Below the pieces are notes generated by a model that had not been told where the DNA came from, did not search any database, and worked only from the letters and a program-made list of their open reading frames with translations. A stretch of DNA of 64,000 nucleotides. Source: Candidatus Binatia bacterium. GTDB lineage: Bacteria > Desulfobacterota > Binatia > Bin18. The stretch covers positions 56,020 to 120,019 of the forward strand of contig CAXXHG010000007.1 in assembly GCA_963666315.2 (NCBI GenBank), given 5' to 3'. Every line of letters starts with the position of its first letter. The first letter of the stretch is position 1. Below, piece by piece: positions 62,455 to 64,000 of this stretch. Both the position numbers and the translations under genes were made by a program.

Positions 62455-62826
62455 ATGCACGAATCAACAAATGTCTTAGGTGAAACACTGCAACAGTGCA
62501 GCTCCCGGCCGTTAACCGGCTTCTACCGGGATGGCTGCTGCAACACGGGGAAAGAGGATGTCGGGTTGCATACCGTCTGTATAGAAGTCACTCACGAGTT
62601 CTTGGAATTTTCCAAGGCCAGGGGCAACGACCTTAGTACACCCCGGCCGGAGTTTGGCTTTCCTGGATTACAGCCCGGTGACTGTTGGTGTTTATGCGCG
62701 CTACGCTGGCAAGAAGCCTATGAGGCCAGCGCCGCTCCGTGGGTTCTGATGTCTTCCACCCATGAGGTGACCTTAGAGCATATTCCGCTAACGCAGCTGA
62801 AAGAATACGCCCGGGACTTGCATTAG
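62455..62826 (+). CDS. DUF2237 family protein
   Basis: NVLG, TGFYRDGCC, GNDLSTP, WCLCALRW. Confidence 0.93.
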   Translation: MHESTNVLGETLQQCSSRPLTGFYRDGCCNTGKEDVGLHTVCIEVTHEFLEFSKARGNDLSTPRPEFGFPGLQPGDCWCLCALRWQEAYEASAAPWVLMSSTHEVTLEHIPLTQLKEYARDLH

Positions 62827-62844
62827 CGCTTCCAGGCGCTCCGT

Positions 62845-64000
62845 TTATATTTCAGCCGTTCGGTTTACCTCGACTTTCACCGCGCAGTACTTGAACTCCG
62901 GAATCTTGCCGTACGGATCAAGAGCGTCATTGGTCAATAGGTTGGCCGCGGCTTCTTGATAGCAGAATGGAATGAAAATCTCGTCGCGCTGAAGGCCATC
63001 GTCCGCTCGCGCATATGCCGTCAGCTCACCCCGCCGCGAGGAAAGAGTAAGCAGATCACCTGCCGCGCCTCCTATAGCGGCCAAGTCTTCCGGGTGCATG
63101 CTGATAACAGGATGCGGCTCAAGAGCATTCAGCACACTCGCCCGGCGCGTCATGGCTCCGGTATGCCAGTGTTCGAGCTGTCTTCCGGTAATCAAGACAT
63201 ACGGGAATTCTTTATCCGGCAGCTCGTCAGCACTGATCAGCCGAGCGGGAACAAAGCGTCCGCGTCCGTCTTGAGTCGGAAAGTCTGCTTTGAAAACAAC
63301 AGGCTGGCCCGGATCGTCTTCACTCAAGCACGGATATGTCACAGAGCTGTGCTGTTCGAGTCGCTGCCAGCTCATCCCGCCTATGCTGGGCATGGCCTGG
63401 CGCATTTCTTCAAAGACCGCAGCCGTATCAGGATACTGCCAGTCTAATCCCAGCCGCCCTGCAATATCTTGAATAATGTCCAGATCCTGACGGGCTGCAC
63501 CTGGTGTATCCAGGGCTTTACGGCCAAGCTGTACGCGCCTATCGGTGTTGGTAAAAGTGCCCGTTTTCTCTGGAAAGGCGGAAGCCGGCAAAATGACATC
63601 GGCAAATGACGCAGTTTCCGTCAAAAACAGATCTTGCACCACAAGGTGATCGAGAGCGGCCAGGGCCTGTCGGGCATGATGCAGATTAGGGTCGGACATG
63701 GCCGGGTTCTCGCCCATGATATACATGCCGTGCAGCTTGCCATCCAGAATGGCATTCATAATTTCGACGACAGTGAGGCCGGGATTCGGATCAAGAGAGA
63801 CGCCCCATAATTCTTCAAAACGCTGCCGCGCAGCCTCGTTGTCAACCCGTTGATAGTCAGGGAACATCATAGGAATCAGGCCGGCGTCAGACGCGCCTTG
63901 GACGTTGTTCTGCCCACGCAATGGATGCAGCCCCGTGCCCGGGCGACCAATTTGTCCGGTCATGAGGGCCAGGGCAATCAAACACCGGGCGTTGTCCGTG
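62845..64000 (-). CDS. fdhF: Formate dehydrogenase alpha subunit, C-terminal part (5' end outside window)
   Basis: PLRGQNNVQGASDAG, EKTGTFTNTDRRVQ, TGRQLEHWHTG, KIPEFKYCAV. Confidence 0.92.
   Translation of the reverse strand, partial: TDNARCLIALALMTGQIGRPGTGLHPLRGQNNVQGASDAGLIPMMFPDYQRVDNEAARQRFEELWGVSLDPNPGLTVVEIMNAILDGKLHGMYIMGENPAMSDPNLHHARQALAALDHLVVQDLFLTETASFADVILPASAFPEKTGTFTNTDRRVQLGRKALDTPGAARQDLDIIQDIAGRLGLDWQYPDTAAVFEEMRQAMPSIGGMSWQRLEQHSSVTYPCLSEDDPGQPVVFKADFPTQDGRGRFVPARLISADELPDKEFPYVLITGRQLEHWHTGAMTRRASVLNALEPHPVISMHPEDLAAIGGAAGDLLTLSSRRGELTAYARADDGLQRDEIFIPFCYQEAAANLLTNDALDPYGKIPEFKYCAVKVEVNRTAEI

Overview
GC-rich bacterial genomic window. The gene mix (LLM oxidoreductases, Sel1 and cyclase-TPR remnants, RRM proteins, REP-type palindromes) suggests a Binatia/delta-type lineage, but that is inference only. 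Layout: (1) 1-3.4 kb: end of a complex I-type membrane module (nuoL, nuoM). The NuoL lateral helix is built from five 27-aa units, where a typical NuoL has one. (2) 3.8-11.3 kb: decaying phosphate-response island with four arrays of 11-bp-spaced Pho-box-like half-sites, a phoB-like pseudogene, padR, mgtE, frameshifted phoD, phoX and a candidate anti-SD sRNA. (3) 11.5-24.5 kb: surface-glycan, LPS-export and housekeeping genes. (4) about 24.5-51.6 kb: eroded accessory region next to tRNA-Thr(CGT). It holds a PICI/satellite-like core (serine recombinase, Xis-like HTH, PrimPol-helicase, terS), secreted peptidases, two copies of an HTH 'rep' gene that each have an antisense ~85-nt RNA unit, repeat proteins and many short fused gene fragments. 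(5) 51.8-64 kb: intact core genes thiE/thiG/thiS, purH/purD, DUF1015, two RRM genes, a mobA-moaD fusion, AOR and part of a formate dehydrogenase alpha gene. No CRISPR array or rRNA seen. All calls are by eye from motifs; no searches were run.
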